From the NCBI GenBank assembly GCA_964247055.1, contig OZ176052.1, positions 1,736,001 to 1,800,000 of the forward strand: 64,000 bases of DNA, read 5' to 3'. This stretch comes from Paragordius varius (lineage: Eukaryota; Animalia; Nematomorpha). A program made the translations under genes and the position numbers. Below the pieces are notes generated by a model. The model searched no databases and had not been told where the DNA came from. It saw nothing but the letters and a program-made list of their open reading frames with translations. Shown here one piece after another: positions 35,974 through 48,629 of this stretch (positions within the stretch are counted from its first letter, which is position 1; each line of letters begins with the position of its first letter).

Positions 35974-38900
35974 ATGACGAGCTTAAAACCTTATGGTATT
36001 ATAAACTCTGAGGAGAGTTTAGGTATATAAAATTTTGACTCCATAGAATATAGTTACAGAGAAAAATTTATTCTGGCAAATAATTTTTTAATATGGGCTG
36101 ACATCAACACCATACATTACGCACACAGTTTATTTTATTTAATTTTAGGGGTTAAAAACGATTTTACGAATATAAAAATTATTCAACATGAGGATAAAAT
36201 CACAGATATTGCATTAATAAATGTGCTTGCCGAGTATATTTTTAATATAATGTAAAGTATTGGTAAACCATGGCCAGCTCTGTTTGTTGGATATACTTCG
36301 GGTCTGATAAGGGCTTTTGAAAACGACAAAGAATTATTTTGTTACAAATTTGATGATAGCCCTATTGTTAGGATCAGTTTTGTCAAGATTTATAAAGATT
36401 CAGTATTATAATATTTGTCATATTTTAGTCTTATCAACTGGTTATATTATATACCAGTAGCATAGTTCTCATTGAAGATTACCATTTATTTCAAAATCTT
36501 AGGATCGCCAAATCTAAAATTAATTTATGTAAGTTTATAAAAAATAAATTTATTTATTTTTGATTTAATTGTTTTGCCTTTTAGCTCAAATGCAATATTT
36601 GATAAACGAATTGGCCGTTGAAGAGATTGGTCACAAAAAGATTTGGCTTAAAGGGAATCAAACTAACTATCAAGATTTCTTAATAAGCGGTATTATTTTA
36701 TTTGTTTTTGGAAGTTTTTAAAGATTTCCAAAAAGTATCCAGAATTAACATTTTTTAATTTAAGTTTGTATTTACTTAAAAATTCAAAAATATAAGATGT
36801 AAATTTGCAAAGAAGATAGATCTATTAATATTCTATATACCATACTGGAAAAATATCAGAATTTTATAAAATTCATATTTTATCATCTTTAATTTTATCT
36901 ATATAGCCTAATTATCGTGGTACTAACAATATAGGCTCTAAATAAATATGGTTGATTTGACTTTTAAAATATAATCACGCTATTAATTTTTAAAATTACT
37001 GAAAAATTGACTTTCCATATTTTGAGTTTAAACTTTTGTAAAAGACAAATATTTTAAATAAGAAAAACGATATATTTTAATTCCTTGTTTTTTTCTATGT
37101 AACCTATATTATTACAATTGTAATAAAATTAAATGTTTTCACCCTAACGATAGGTTAAAAATATTAGGGTGCTGTATTAAAAATATTATAGTTTTTTTTC
37201 CATATAAAACAATATATTTGCAAATTTTCATCAATATTATTATAAATCAAATCACATGAAACACAGATGCAATGCAATTATCGACATTTGAACAATTACG
37301 CCTAATCTCATGTTATGATTCCTTTAAACTTAATCCACCCCCTACGGATTTGTTTAACATGCTTATCGTGGCCGGTGATAAACCATTCTTGGGAATTTAT
37401 TATTTGGAACAAGTATAATTTTTATCAAAAAATATAATGAAAAAATTAAAAATATTAATTTTCCCTTCATTAATTTATACAAATTTTATGAAAAAATTTA
37501 ACATTCAGATATATTTAGCGGTCTTTTGTTTGAATTGTTGTTTTATTAGGTTAATAGTTTGTTTCAAAACCATTCATTAAAAATTGAAATTATTTTGAAA
37601 AATAAAAGGTAAAAAAATAATATATGTAGAAAACCAGATTATTTAATTTATAAATTTTTCCTAATCATAATCCATATAATAACAATGTGAAATATATAAT
37701 TAATTCTATTACCAATTTAAATATTTATTCTTTTCGTGACCCATAATGATAGAAATATACTAAGGTTTAAAATATATTGATTCCTTTATTATTCATCTTT
37801 TACTGCCTTGTATATAAAAGCTTTATTATTACCGCATTTTTTTTTAGAAATCTATAGATTCTAATGATGATAGTTTATAATAATATATCAAGGTGGTACG
37901 AACATGTAATTTTCATGATAAAAATTTCTTTTTTTTGAAAAAACATTTATCTTTAGTTACATTATGTGCATATAATTTTTAATTCTTTACCGTGTAAAAC
38001 ATTTAGAAATCGACAGATACTAATGATGAAAATATTGCAAATGCCAATCCTAATAATATAATACCCAAACAATTTTCCAACCAACTTTTGCGTATTAAAG
38101 GGACACTTTCGACTTCAAAGCATTTACTCGTTTCAAACCTGCCCGATTTTATAAGGTCTGGTCGATTGGCCAGCAAAACTTCAGCCCTGGCTAATACAAT
38201 TAGTGTAGCAACTTCAAAAATTATCTCAAAACTTACCCTTGAACACATGGAATTAAAGTTTGCGCTTTGGTTTATTAATGGTTTTTGGCTAATATAATTG
38301 GTTACAATACACAATTAATGTATAGATTATAAAAGTTATCTCTATTGGGTTTTAGGATGATTATTTTTGATTGTTTATATAGTTTTGGCGGGTTTTTTGT
38401 ATTCTAATTGTTAATATTTTTATGCTTATGTTAATTTGAAGCATAAAAATTATTATTTAGAATTGAATTGATCTTTTTCAAATATTTTTTAAGTTATGTG
38501 GATTAAACTATACGAACATTGAATAATTTTTGAAGCTTTATAAAAAAATCTACCACAATACATTACGAACTTGATGCAATTATTATTATAAATCTTTTTA
38601 GGTTTTAAAAATTGGGTATTAAAATTTAAATACTACATATATTGTAACTAATTTCTCATAAAAAAAGTTAATTCACAATAATTTTGCCATTATTTTTTTT
38701 ATTTTTTTAGATGTGGTATTTTTGATAATGCACGGACAGGCCGAAAATTATACTTGAGTCCTGATTCAAAATATCTGGCTGTTTGCGACAACATCGGTCG
38801 AATATCGATTGTTAATGTTTCTACTAACCTCATAATTTATATGTTAAAGGGTAAATTACTTATTTTTTTAAATACGATAAGAAAATATTTTTTTCTTTTT

Positions 38901-41900
38901 ATTTAATTTCATTTTTTGAAAATTATATTAATAAATATTGTAATTTAAAATTGAAATCAAGATGCAAAGCATATAAACATAAAGATGAGTGTTTTTAGAA
39001 CACTAATGTACTTGTTTACATTTGTAATTTTTATACAACTACTCATTGTTTTAAATTGCAAAGTATGAATTATGGGTGAGAATTGTTCAAACATTAAATA
39101 TATCCATTTTAACAATTTTTTGATTATAATTATGCATCATATTGATAATTTGTATTATAGGCTATAGAGAAACTTCTTGTATTTGGATTCCAAATCGTTA
39201 CGATATCCCACAAAAGGTTTCCATTTCAAGCTTTTTTATTTGCCTTATAATAAAATATTTCACATTTGAAAAAAAAAACAAAATATGATTAAATATAAAA
39301 GTTTTTTAAAAAATATTTTGAAATAATTATATAGGAGAAAGAAAAATCAAGGCTCAACCAAATTCCATATTTCCTTTTGATATATGCACCGAAACGTGGT
39401 CTTTTAGAGGTTTGGAGTATTGGTGATGATAAAACGCCTTACAGGCTAGATGCAATCCATGTTCCTAAAAATGGATGGTAATCTTAAAACAATTAAAAAT
39501 TATATTTTTGTCTTTTTACTCTTAATTAAATGGTTTAAATATATTGCAAATTAATAAAACTTTTGAGTGATTTATATTAAATTAATTTCGGTACCTTTAA
39601 AATCCTGGCTAGTTAAAATGGAAAAAATAGCTTATTTTATGATTTTTAACAATTTATACATATAATGTTTATGCCAAAACTATAATATATATATATATAT
39701 ATATACCATTTACACCAATTCACCCTTATAAATTTCATTTACCCTTAAACATTTCATATCTTTAAAAATAAATTATTTTTTTGGAAAAAATAATAAACTA
39801 GAATAAGAATACATTAATAATGAGTTTTTAGTCCAAAAACACAATATTTTTTTGGTGAATTTGAAGTGTTTAAGGGTAAATTGTGTATATTCTAAATTTG
39901 TTAAAAAAATACATTAAAAATATATCATATATGGTTTTTTGTTTTAAAAAAAGATATTTATATAATTTTAAAATTAAAATACTATTTTAAAATTTTTTTA
40001 ATACATTATTTATATAATCCTATCCGTTTTAGTTTATTGTGTTCGAACCACATTACATTGGGTGGTGAAGTCTTAGAAGACAATGATATCAATATAAATT
40101 CTGCTGCAGGTACAAATATTCTTTTTTTAGATAAAAAATATTTTTACTTAAATTTTTTTTTATTTCATTAGAATTTTACTTATATATTTTTATCTTTTAG
40201 AAAATTCAAGCGTGAATGATTATTTTTTCATTGATTTAATGAGTCGTCAAATATCTTCGATCGTTTTGGAACCTCACAAGTTTGGTATAGAAATATTAAT
40301 TATATCCATTTTAAACTAATTTGATTTGGTTTTTCTTAAATTGTATTCCAGCTATGTAATAAAAAAATTTTTAACGAAAAATTATATTGATGATATTTTT
40401 GTACATGCTTTTCATAGTTAATTTAATATTAAATTGATTTTTTAAGCCTTGTTTAAATATTAAATTATATAGTATTATATTCAAGCTAATTACTGTTTAA
40501 TTTGGAAAAAAAACATTCTTAATTTACATATTTTCAAGATTTCAATATGGCTCAGGGGAAAAAATCTCTGCAGATTCAAACCTTGGACGAGAGATAACGC
40601 AACAGAGTGTAGTATTTGATGACCTGTTTTCAATAACTGGTTTATATATTAATTTATAATTTTATTTGTTAAAATATAAAATGATTATTTATATACCATT
40701 TACAATTCAAATTCACCCTTGAACAATTCAAATTTACCTTAAAATAAATTATGTGCTTTCTAACTAAAATAACTCATTATTAAAATGAAATATATCTTAT
40801 AGCATTATTTTTCAGTATTATTTTAATTTATAAAAAAAATTAGTTTTTTAAAATACATAAAAATATAGGAAATTTTAAATCTCAAAAAGCATATATATTA
40901 TTTGAGGGTGAATTTGAATTGTTCAAGGGTGAATTTGAATAGTAAATGGTATATATTTATATATATAATATATATATTAGATTCAATCAATAATAAATCT
41001 CAAGATATTGGGACACCTCAATTAATTAATAACTTTATTGAAACTTATGAACCCTATTTAGCTTCCCAAATTTTACATGATCAAAGAAAAAATTTTCAAG
41101 TATAGTTTTTTTATAAATAATACTTTTTAGTTTTTTGAAGAAATTATTAAAACTGCGGCAAAATTATATGAAAACAATAACTCTGAAAATTCAACAAAAA
41201 CTCTAATTTACGAAAAAGTTCTCTCGGTTCCTATTGTCATGTTGGAAATTGTGGATAAATTAATGGGTAAAAAATTTTAGATTTTATTGAAAATTTAAAA
41301 TTATTAGCGCAGAAAGCGAAATGAAATTATCTATATAAAATTTACGCATATTGATAATCTGCAGAAAATCAATATTTTCATATTTATATTATTTAAAATT
41401 TTCCAATTTCATAAAAGTATTTGTTTTATAAAATATTTTATTTGATGTTTTACATATATATAGATAAAATGGGTTTAGATTGGCAACGCAAGAATGGATA
41501 TAATCATCCACAAATACCATATCAATCATTTATAATTTTATATTCTTTGCTCAATTTATCAAATCTATATTGCAATGGTCCAAATAGGACATCAAACATT
41601 ACGCCTAAAATTATTGATGGAAATAATATAAAACAAGACATAAACCAAATATTAGCCTCTTTTGAATGCTTTTCCCCTACTGAAATTACAGAGTTTTTTA
41701 CTCAAAATTTGGATTTAAACAATCATCTATTGGTGGATGATTATATGGAGAAAAATCTTAATTCTAAGGATATTTTAAATGAAACGTTAACTTTAATAAA
41801 ATTCTTTACGATAATGCCAAGCAATAAATATTGTGTGGATCAAACACAAAAAGCGGTCAAAAAATTACACAATAATCATGTTTCAAAAAATATAATTACC

Positions 41901-42323
41901 CAAATTTTGGATTATATTGGGCATATTTTAAGTTTTAAAGACTTGAAATTTGAATTGAATGGTTGCTTTATGGAATCAAATGCTATTCTATCATATTTTG
42001 CAAGGTGCAATAATCACGAATCAGGAAATAATGACGATGGGATTGTGCTTTTTATGCCAGAAACTTTGATTAAAGATATTATAAGCGTAAATTTTTAGAT
42101 ATAATTTATTTTTATCAATTTAAATGTATAAATCATTTTTTAAAAGTTATTGATTTAATATATATGTATATACATTACATAATTATTTAAAAAAATTATT
42201 TATTTAATACAGAAATTGATTGGATTGGCTCTCAAATATGATATTTTTATGCCCACAATATATACAATCATTGAAAAATATTATATCGAAATATATGCAA
42301 ATGGTAATATTTTACACCTTACT

Positions 42324-42368
<45 letters not shown>

Positions 42369-45300
42369 CGCAAAGAAAATTTATAAATTTTTAAATTATT
42401 TTTTTTATTGTTATATCAATTTAGATAACTTATTAGACCTAATAACTGAGAATAATGGCAATGATTTCAAAACAAATTTAATCCTCTACGCCTTACTTTA
42501 TCGTTTATCATTGAATCATTGCAATGAGGATTTTTTACCTCATGTATGTATAATATATTACAACATAATTTAAACTTATATATTTTTTGTTTTGCTATCA
42601 AATTTTATCTTAGAATCTGAGTGTTTAGTATATTAAATTTTTTTATAATAATGTTAAAATATAATTTTTTAATGTATAATTTTTTTTTTTCATTTACAGT
42701 TTGCATTTTAATGGTCGCCTATTGCACACTATGATTGGGCAATTTGCAACAACACAGGAGTGTATGGAAAAAAGAAAGGAAATAATTGTTTATTCAACAT
42801 TTTGTTGTTTCTTCCATACACTACTCGTGTGTTGCAAATTGCCCTACTATAGTGTAAAATAAGCAACCATTAAAATGCATACTGTATAATTTATATATCT
42901 TGTTTTAGATTAAATTGCCTTTCTTGCAATGCCTTCTCATGTCTCAGCTAAATAATTGTTTAAAAAGCTTGATGACCGTTGGAGAATTGAAAAAAACCAA
43001 TCTTGATGATTCTTTGAATATTAAGGGTATGAATATTGTATGTGAAATGAATCAATCATCTTGTGCATATATTTTTGTGTGTTATAAAAATTTGCTATTT
43101 TTACCTCTAATATCATCTCATTTATTTTATCAAATTATACCATTTAAACTTGTAATTCACCCTAAAAGAATTTATGTGTTTTTTAAGATTAGAAATTACC
43201 AATATTTTTTATATTTTTAAAAGAATGAAATTTTGGTTAAAATTATATTGAAAAAATTATAAACTATGTCACATAATAATATATTTCATATCAGATAATG
43301 ATTTATATTAGCCCAAAAATTCATAATTTATTTTTAAGGTGAATCTGAATTGTTAAACGGTTAAATTTATAAATGATATATAATTATGTTATTTTCTATA
43401 TAATTATAAATTTTAGATCCCAATAATTTCGATATGACTCAACTAACCTTTGAATGCATTGCAAAACGGATTGTTTTGTTACACGACAGTAATAAAAATT
43501 CTACCCAATACTTTTTCGATAGTAGAGATTTAAATTTAGCTAATCCACAATACATATATGAAGTATTAACTGATAAAACACGTGCTCATCAAACCAAACT
43601 TAAAGAACAAATATGCTTACTTTGTTTTATAGCCGATTTAATCCATTATACTCTAAGTTATGAGAAAAATGGAAATGATAAACCTCCCAAAATTATACAA
43701 TATCAAGATTTCAAAACCTTTGTTTCACCTAATATATATCCAATCCTTAAACTTTATGTCTGTCAACAATATAAGTCGCAATGGTTAAAATTGCTTTATG
43801 AACGGAAAAATGAGAATCTTACATCTGGAAAAGAAATGGAAAATGTAATCATTGAACCAATTTGGAATATCTTTAAACATTTATTGTCCATGCCTCAACA
43901 AAATAGCCTACTTCAGCCATATTATCTTGGTAAGTTAGGTACCATTTGATAATGTTGAAAATTTGTCTTCTGATTTTATATAAACCTCCGCTATATTACT
44001 TTTTAAAAATGTCAATATATCTCTCTCAAAAGATTTAATATATACCATTTACAATTCAAATTCGCCCTAAAAATAAATTATGTGTTTTCTGGTTAATTTA
44101 ACTTATTATTAATATGAAATATATATCTATAGCTTGGTTTATTATCATTTTAATTTTAAACGAAATTTCATTTTTTGAAAATATTAAATATAGGTATTTT
44201 TTAATCCTAAAAAACACATAATTTATTTTAGGGTGAATCTGAATTGTTCAAGGTTATATTTGAATTGTTCAAGGGTGAATTTGAAGTGTAAACGGTATAA
44301 CTTAAATATGGATGTAGATTTTTATCGATATATTAGCCATTCAAAATCGCTTAATTCAATAATTTTATGAGCACACAATTTGTTAAAGGGTTCGTAGCCC
44401 CCGATTATAATAATAAAAAGAACTCATTTTTAAAGCTTATATATATATATATATATATATATATAGCATTTATTCAAGATTTATGGTGTGATTGTTTCAG
44501 TCCCCTTATGATATCTACCATTGGATTGATAGATAATTACGGACAGCAATACGATAATACAGACATTGCTGATGATAACATTTTAGATCCAAAAAGTGAC
44601 AAATATATTCAAACGACTGGATGTACTCATTCAGAATTGATTAGTTTTTTCGCATTTTCAGCTCATATCTTACGTCTCTGTTATTTAACGGTATCATAAA
44701 ACTTAAATATTTTGGGTTAAATATGGAATTTGCATCGTGAATGAAAATATTTTAAAGCTAAATTGAGATGTTTTAGAGTTTTTGCTTTTATATTATGGAA
44801 TATTTGTGGTAGTTATATATATAAAATCTTTAATAATTAATTTTTGTTAATTCTACTAATAAAACCAATTTTATTCTAATAAATAGATTAATTCCGATTG
44901 CGTAAAAAACTCAAACAATCTTTTTGAAGAAAAAACTGCAAAATCTACGGTTATTAATCGCCTCTTCAAGAATATAACGCTTAATACTATTGATGTATCA
45001 TTATGTGATAGAGAAAAATGTAATCAACAGCTAAGTTATTACATTGGTATAAATTTTGTGTTACAAGCCTTTCTCCAATACCCATCTATACAATTGTCCG
45101 GATTAAAACCTGCGTTTTTATTTCCCTCAAAGGTAAGTTTTTTCAATTTTTTTGCATAGTTTAATTTTTTCTTTTTAAAGAGTAAATAGGACATATACTA
45201 TGATAGCAATCATATCTTTTTTATGTGCTATGAATTCGTTAAAACTTTATATTGTAATAATGGATTTGTCAAACTTTATATTATCAAGCATGTATATTAA

Positions 45301-46993
45301 ATCTGATTTAGAGAAAAAATATTTATCTATGAGTTGAATTATATATCCTAATTTTATCATTTTATTATAAAGTGTAATAAATGGACAAAACTTCTTAGGA
45401 ATTTTTTTGTTTTTTTTAGTGTCCGCGCGCGGGTTTTCCCGTTAAAATTTGTTAACAATATAGACCCAAAATATTAAAATTTATTTTGTATAAATGAATT
45501 TTATTCAATACTATGTAAAAATTATATACATCAAATTTTTAACCAAAACCGATATTTTTATTCCAATCTCAAATGTTATAAAATGCCAAATATTGGATAT
45601 TTTTTATTATATGTGATTAATATGCTATTTTTTTAAAAAATAGTACGATATCTATCTTTCAAAGGACATGTGCAATTTTTTCGATGATTCAATCATGAAA
45701 AATCACAAAGAAATAACGGAAACACACGATTCACAGGATACTGGTGGGGTAAAGATTGAATTGACAGAATTGTATGTTGATATCTTATTGGTGAGAATTT
45801 ATTTTTACAAAAATTTTCTAGACGTTATACCAGTTCAATATTTACAAAATTTTATTTTTATATAATAATGCAGCATTGGTAGACTTCTTCTAGTTCATGT
45901 TAAATTATTAAATTTCTGATTATCAGAAATTATTTTATTAAAACATAAATAGATATTAGATTACATATTTAAACTGCTGCCTTATATATTTTGTTTTTGA
46001 TTGCTTAGTTTTGTAAAACTTTAATGGAACAATGCATCACAAATGTCAGAGCACAAGAGCTCTCATCGTTAAAACACAATATTTCAAAGACAATTGTTTT
46101 AACTGACAAAAATACTCTTAAGACATCATCTAATGTGGAATATTTTTCATACAATCAAATAAGAATAATTGATTCTATACAAGATTGCTTCTCAAAACAT
46201 AATCACCCGAGCCAGTTTTCTTATTGGTTAAGAATTTTGTATGGAAGTTTGGGCCCTTTTTGGGGTCCGGAATATTTTAATGGGCAAAAGTTGATACTTC
46301 ATATAACTTCGTTCATTTATGCCCTTAATTTGGATCCATTAATTAACATAGTATGTCAATTTACCATTCATATTATATATACTCGAATATTAAAAAATTT
46401 TAAAATATTTTTTTTGTTTTATAACTTTAAAGGCGTATATATTTTATAAAGGCAATCATATTTTCCTATACATATTATCCTTTGGATTGCGGTAAAAAGA
46501 AATGAGATTTAAATTGGGTGGGAATACACTTAATTTTATATTCCACAAATAAATTTATATAAGGTATGAAAAAATCTTTAATTAGTCTTTTGGTATTTAC
46601 GTTTTGTTCTTAGGTATTCACAATGTTACCACAGTTTGGACAGTTATTAGCATGCCATATAATGACTCTATCTGTCATTAGATTAAAACGATACATATCA
46701 GAAAATAATCAAAATATTACGTTTCCCTCATCTATAGAACTGTGGTTAGAAGGAGTAATTTGATTATTTACAATAATTTTTATGGTTTTTGAATAAAATT
46801 TATTAAATCTAAAATTTGTCAAAATATATTTTTTTATATATTTTAGACGGACACCAATTTGGAAGATATCCCTACCTTTAAGTTAACCGCTCGTGAAAAT
46901 TTGATTGAAATGTGGGATTTAATTTTAAATAATTTACCCGCATCCCATACCTCCTGTAAAATGGCTCAAGAATTGAAGGAAATCTTTTTATAG
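35974..46993 (+). CDS. RAB3GAP2: Rab3 GTPase-activating protein non-catalytic subunit (multi-exon)
   Basis: Spliced segments match recalled RAB3GAP2 motifs: PWPALFVGYTSG, LVILYTSSIVLIED, STFEQLR, CGIFDNARTGRKLYLSPDSKYLAVCDNIGR..MLKGYRE, FLLIYAPKRGLLEVWS, LACHIM..ELWL. Putative ATG at 35974, stop TAG at 46991-46993; some 3' exon borders are uncertain. Confidence 0.88.
36023..36046 (+). other. 24-nt spliceosomal intron (RAB3GAP2 intron 1)
   Basis: GTATATAAAATTTTGACTCCATAG; in-frame TAA if retained; splicing links the ATG exon to an open downstream frame. Confidence 0.65.
36234..36257 (+). other. 24-nt spliceosomal intron (RAB3GAP2)
   Basis: GTATATTTTTAATATAATGTAAAG; in-frame TAA if retained; splicing gives ITDIALINVLADIGKPWPALFVG, collinear with RAB3GAP2. 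Confidence 0.75.
36403..36428 (+). other. 26-nt spliceosomal intron (RAB3GAP2)
   Basis: GTATTATAATATTTGTCATATTTTAG; a frame shift between homologous exons is required here. A weaker GTCAAG donor at 36382 (47-nt intron) is an alternative. Confidence 0.65.
39702..39890. mobile_element. MITE family A copy (degenerate right end), RAB3GAP2 intron
   Basis: Starts TATACCATTTACA..TTCACCCTT; internal sequence matches other copies. Confidence 0.7.
40692..40953. mobile_element. MITE family A copy, RAB3GAP2 intron
   Basis: TATACCATTTACAATTCAAATTCACCCTTGAAC ... GTTCAAGGGTGAATTTGAATAGTAAATGGTATA. Confidence 0.9.
41100..41130 (+). other. 31-nt spliceosomal intron (RAB3GAP2)
   Basis: GTATAG...CTTTTTAG; TAG stop if retained; splicing joins two open exon frames. 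Confidence 0.7.
42697..42884. mobile_element. Tc1/mariner-type MITE (imperfect hairpin), RAB3GAP2 intron
   Basis: TA|CAGT...ACTG|TA with ~80-bp imperfect inverted arms (GGGCAATTTGCAACA / TGTTGCAAATTGCCC; GTGTATGGAA / TTCCATACAC). Confidence 0.8.
43136..43380. mobile_element. MITE family A copy, RAB3GAP2 intron
   Basis: TATACCATTTAAA..TTCACCCT ... AGGTGAATCTGAATTG..AAATGATATA. Confidence 0.8.
44041..44299. mobile_element. MITE family A copy, RAB3GAP2 intron
   Basis: TATACCATTTACAATTCAAATTCGCCCT ... AGGGTGAATTTGAAGTGTAAACGGTATA. Confidence 0.88.
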
Positions 46994-47050
46994 CGTCCAT
47001 TGTCACGATAATTTTACAATTTAAATTTATTTTAATATATGACATTTTTT

Positions 47051-47056
47051 AATAAA
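47051..47056 (+). terminator. Putative polyadenylation signal (AATAAA) of RAB3GAP2
   Basis: AATAAA about 58 nt after the stop codon; the motif is common in AT-rich DNA. Confidence 0.35.
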
Positions 47057-47232
47057 GCGACACTCTTACAATATTATTTTCATAGAAACTGGGTTTCTAA
47101 ATGTATAAAATATTTTTAATCACATACTTATATTGGACCACATAACTTTTTTTGTACATACTGCTCTGGCTATTTATTAATTAATTATTACATTCAAATA
47201 AATTGATATCAATCTAAATTATTTTATACCTA

Positions 47233-48629
47233 ATGGATCACTTAAATGATTCACCTAATACAAATAATAATAATTATAATAATGCAAACAATAGCAATAC
47301 CGTTAGCACTAATTCAAGTCTCATGGGCACGTCGTCGCGTCACCATGAACGGATAGATGTGATACATTTCCCTAAGCGTAATATTTCCCTATTTCCACAA
47401 CACAAAAATTATTTGGATCTATTGTTGATTATAAATACGGGTTGGATATGTCTCCTTTTAGTAGCGTGTTTTGTATGTTCTTGGACCTTTTTTGCTTTTT
47501 GGTGGTGGCTTATAACAGTGATTCATGGAGATCGTGAACTCATTGCCATGGGCAAAGAAAATCAAACTTGCTTAGGTCATGTAAGCAATTTTGCTTCCAT
47601 TTACTTGTTTTCGATTGAAACGCAACACACGATTGGATATGGATATCGATACATTAATGACACTTGTCCATTCTCAGTGGTTATTCTTATGGTTCAATGC
47701 TTAGTGGGCGTTATCATTGAATGCCTGACCACAGGGTTGCTTTTTATCAAGATTTGTTACCCTAAAAAACGGGAACAATGCATAATTTTTAGCAATAAAT
47801 GTTTGATAAATCAACGTGATGATGATTTGTATTTGGCTGTCCGTATAGCTGATACCAATAAAATATCACTCATTGATGTTAGTATTCGGGCCGAACTATT
47901 TAAACGACGTATAACACATGAGGGTGATGTTATACCCTTTTATCCCTACAACCTTACGCTGTGTAAGTACGATTTGATGGAAAGTGTTGAACGATTAAAC
48001 TTAACCCTACCCCAAATTATTATGCATTGCATTGACCGGACATCACCCATGGCAGATTTAGTCATTCGCGAAGACGATATAATCCACGAGAATTTTCAGA
48101 TTGTTTTTAGCGTTAACGGTTACTCCAAATTGTCGGGGATTCCAATCCAGGCCCAAAAATCTTATTATGCCGGTATGTGTTTTCATAATGTTAGTGAGAA
48201 GTTTTTTACCTTAATTTTAGCCATGTAATACTGATAATCTTCATATTTTTACTTTATACAGAGGATTTGATTTGGGGCCATCGTTTTGTCAATATGATTA
48301 AGGAGGGGGCACACGGGGAAGTTTACATTGATTTCCTGAATTTTCACTTGACAACACCCATAAACATTGATATTGGGCGTTATTATACCCGATGTACGGA
48401 AAGGGAGAATTTCGCAGCTCAAAGAAACGAATACAATCTGTATAATTCTTCACCAAGTCGAAATAATTTGTTAACTTCACCGGAGAATGTCGAAAGGCTG
48501 TCCATAATTATCAAGGAAAATACGGAACTACTGAAACGTTTGGGACGCGGAGACTTGCGGGTTGATAAAATGTGGCTCAACATAAACAACAATAATAGCA
48601 CCGACAATTACAACAATGATATATCATAG
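47233..48629 (+). CDS. Inward-rectifier potassium channel (Kir/KCNJ family), ~435 aa
   Basis: Exons 47233-48172 and 48262-48629 (1308 nt). M1, SIETQHTIGYGYR filter, both pore cysteines, M2, PKKR C-linker, SYYAEDLIWGHRF. Confidence 0.93.
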
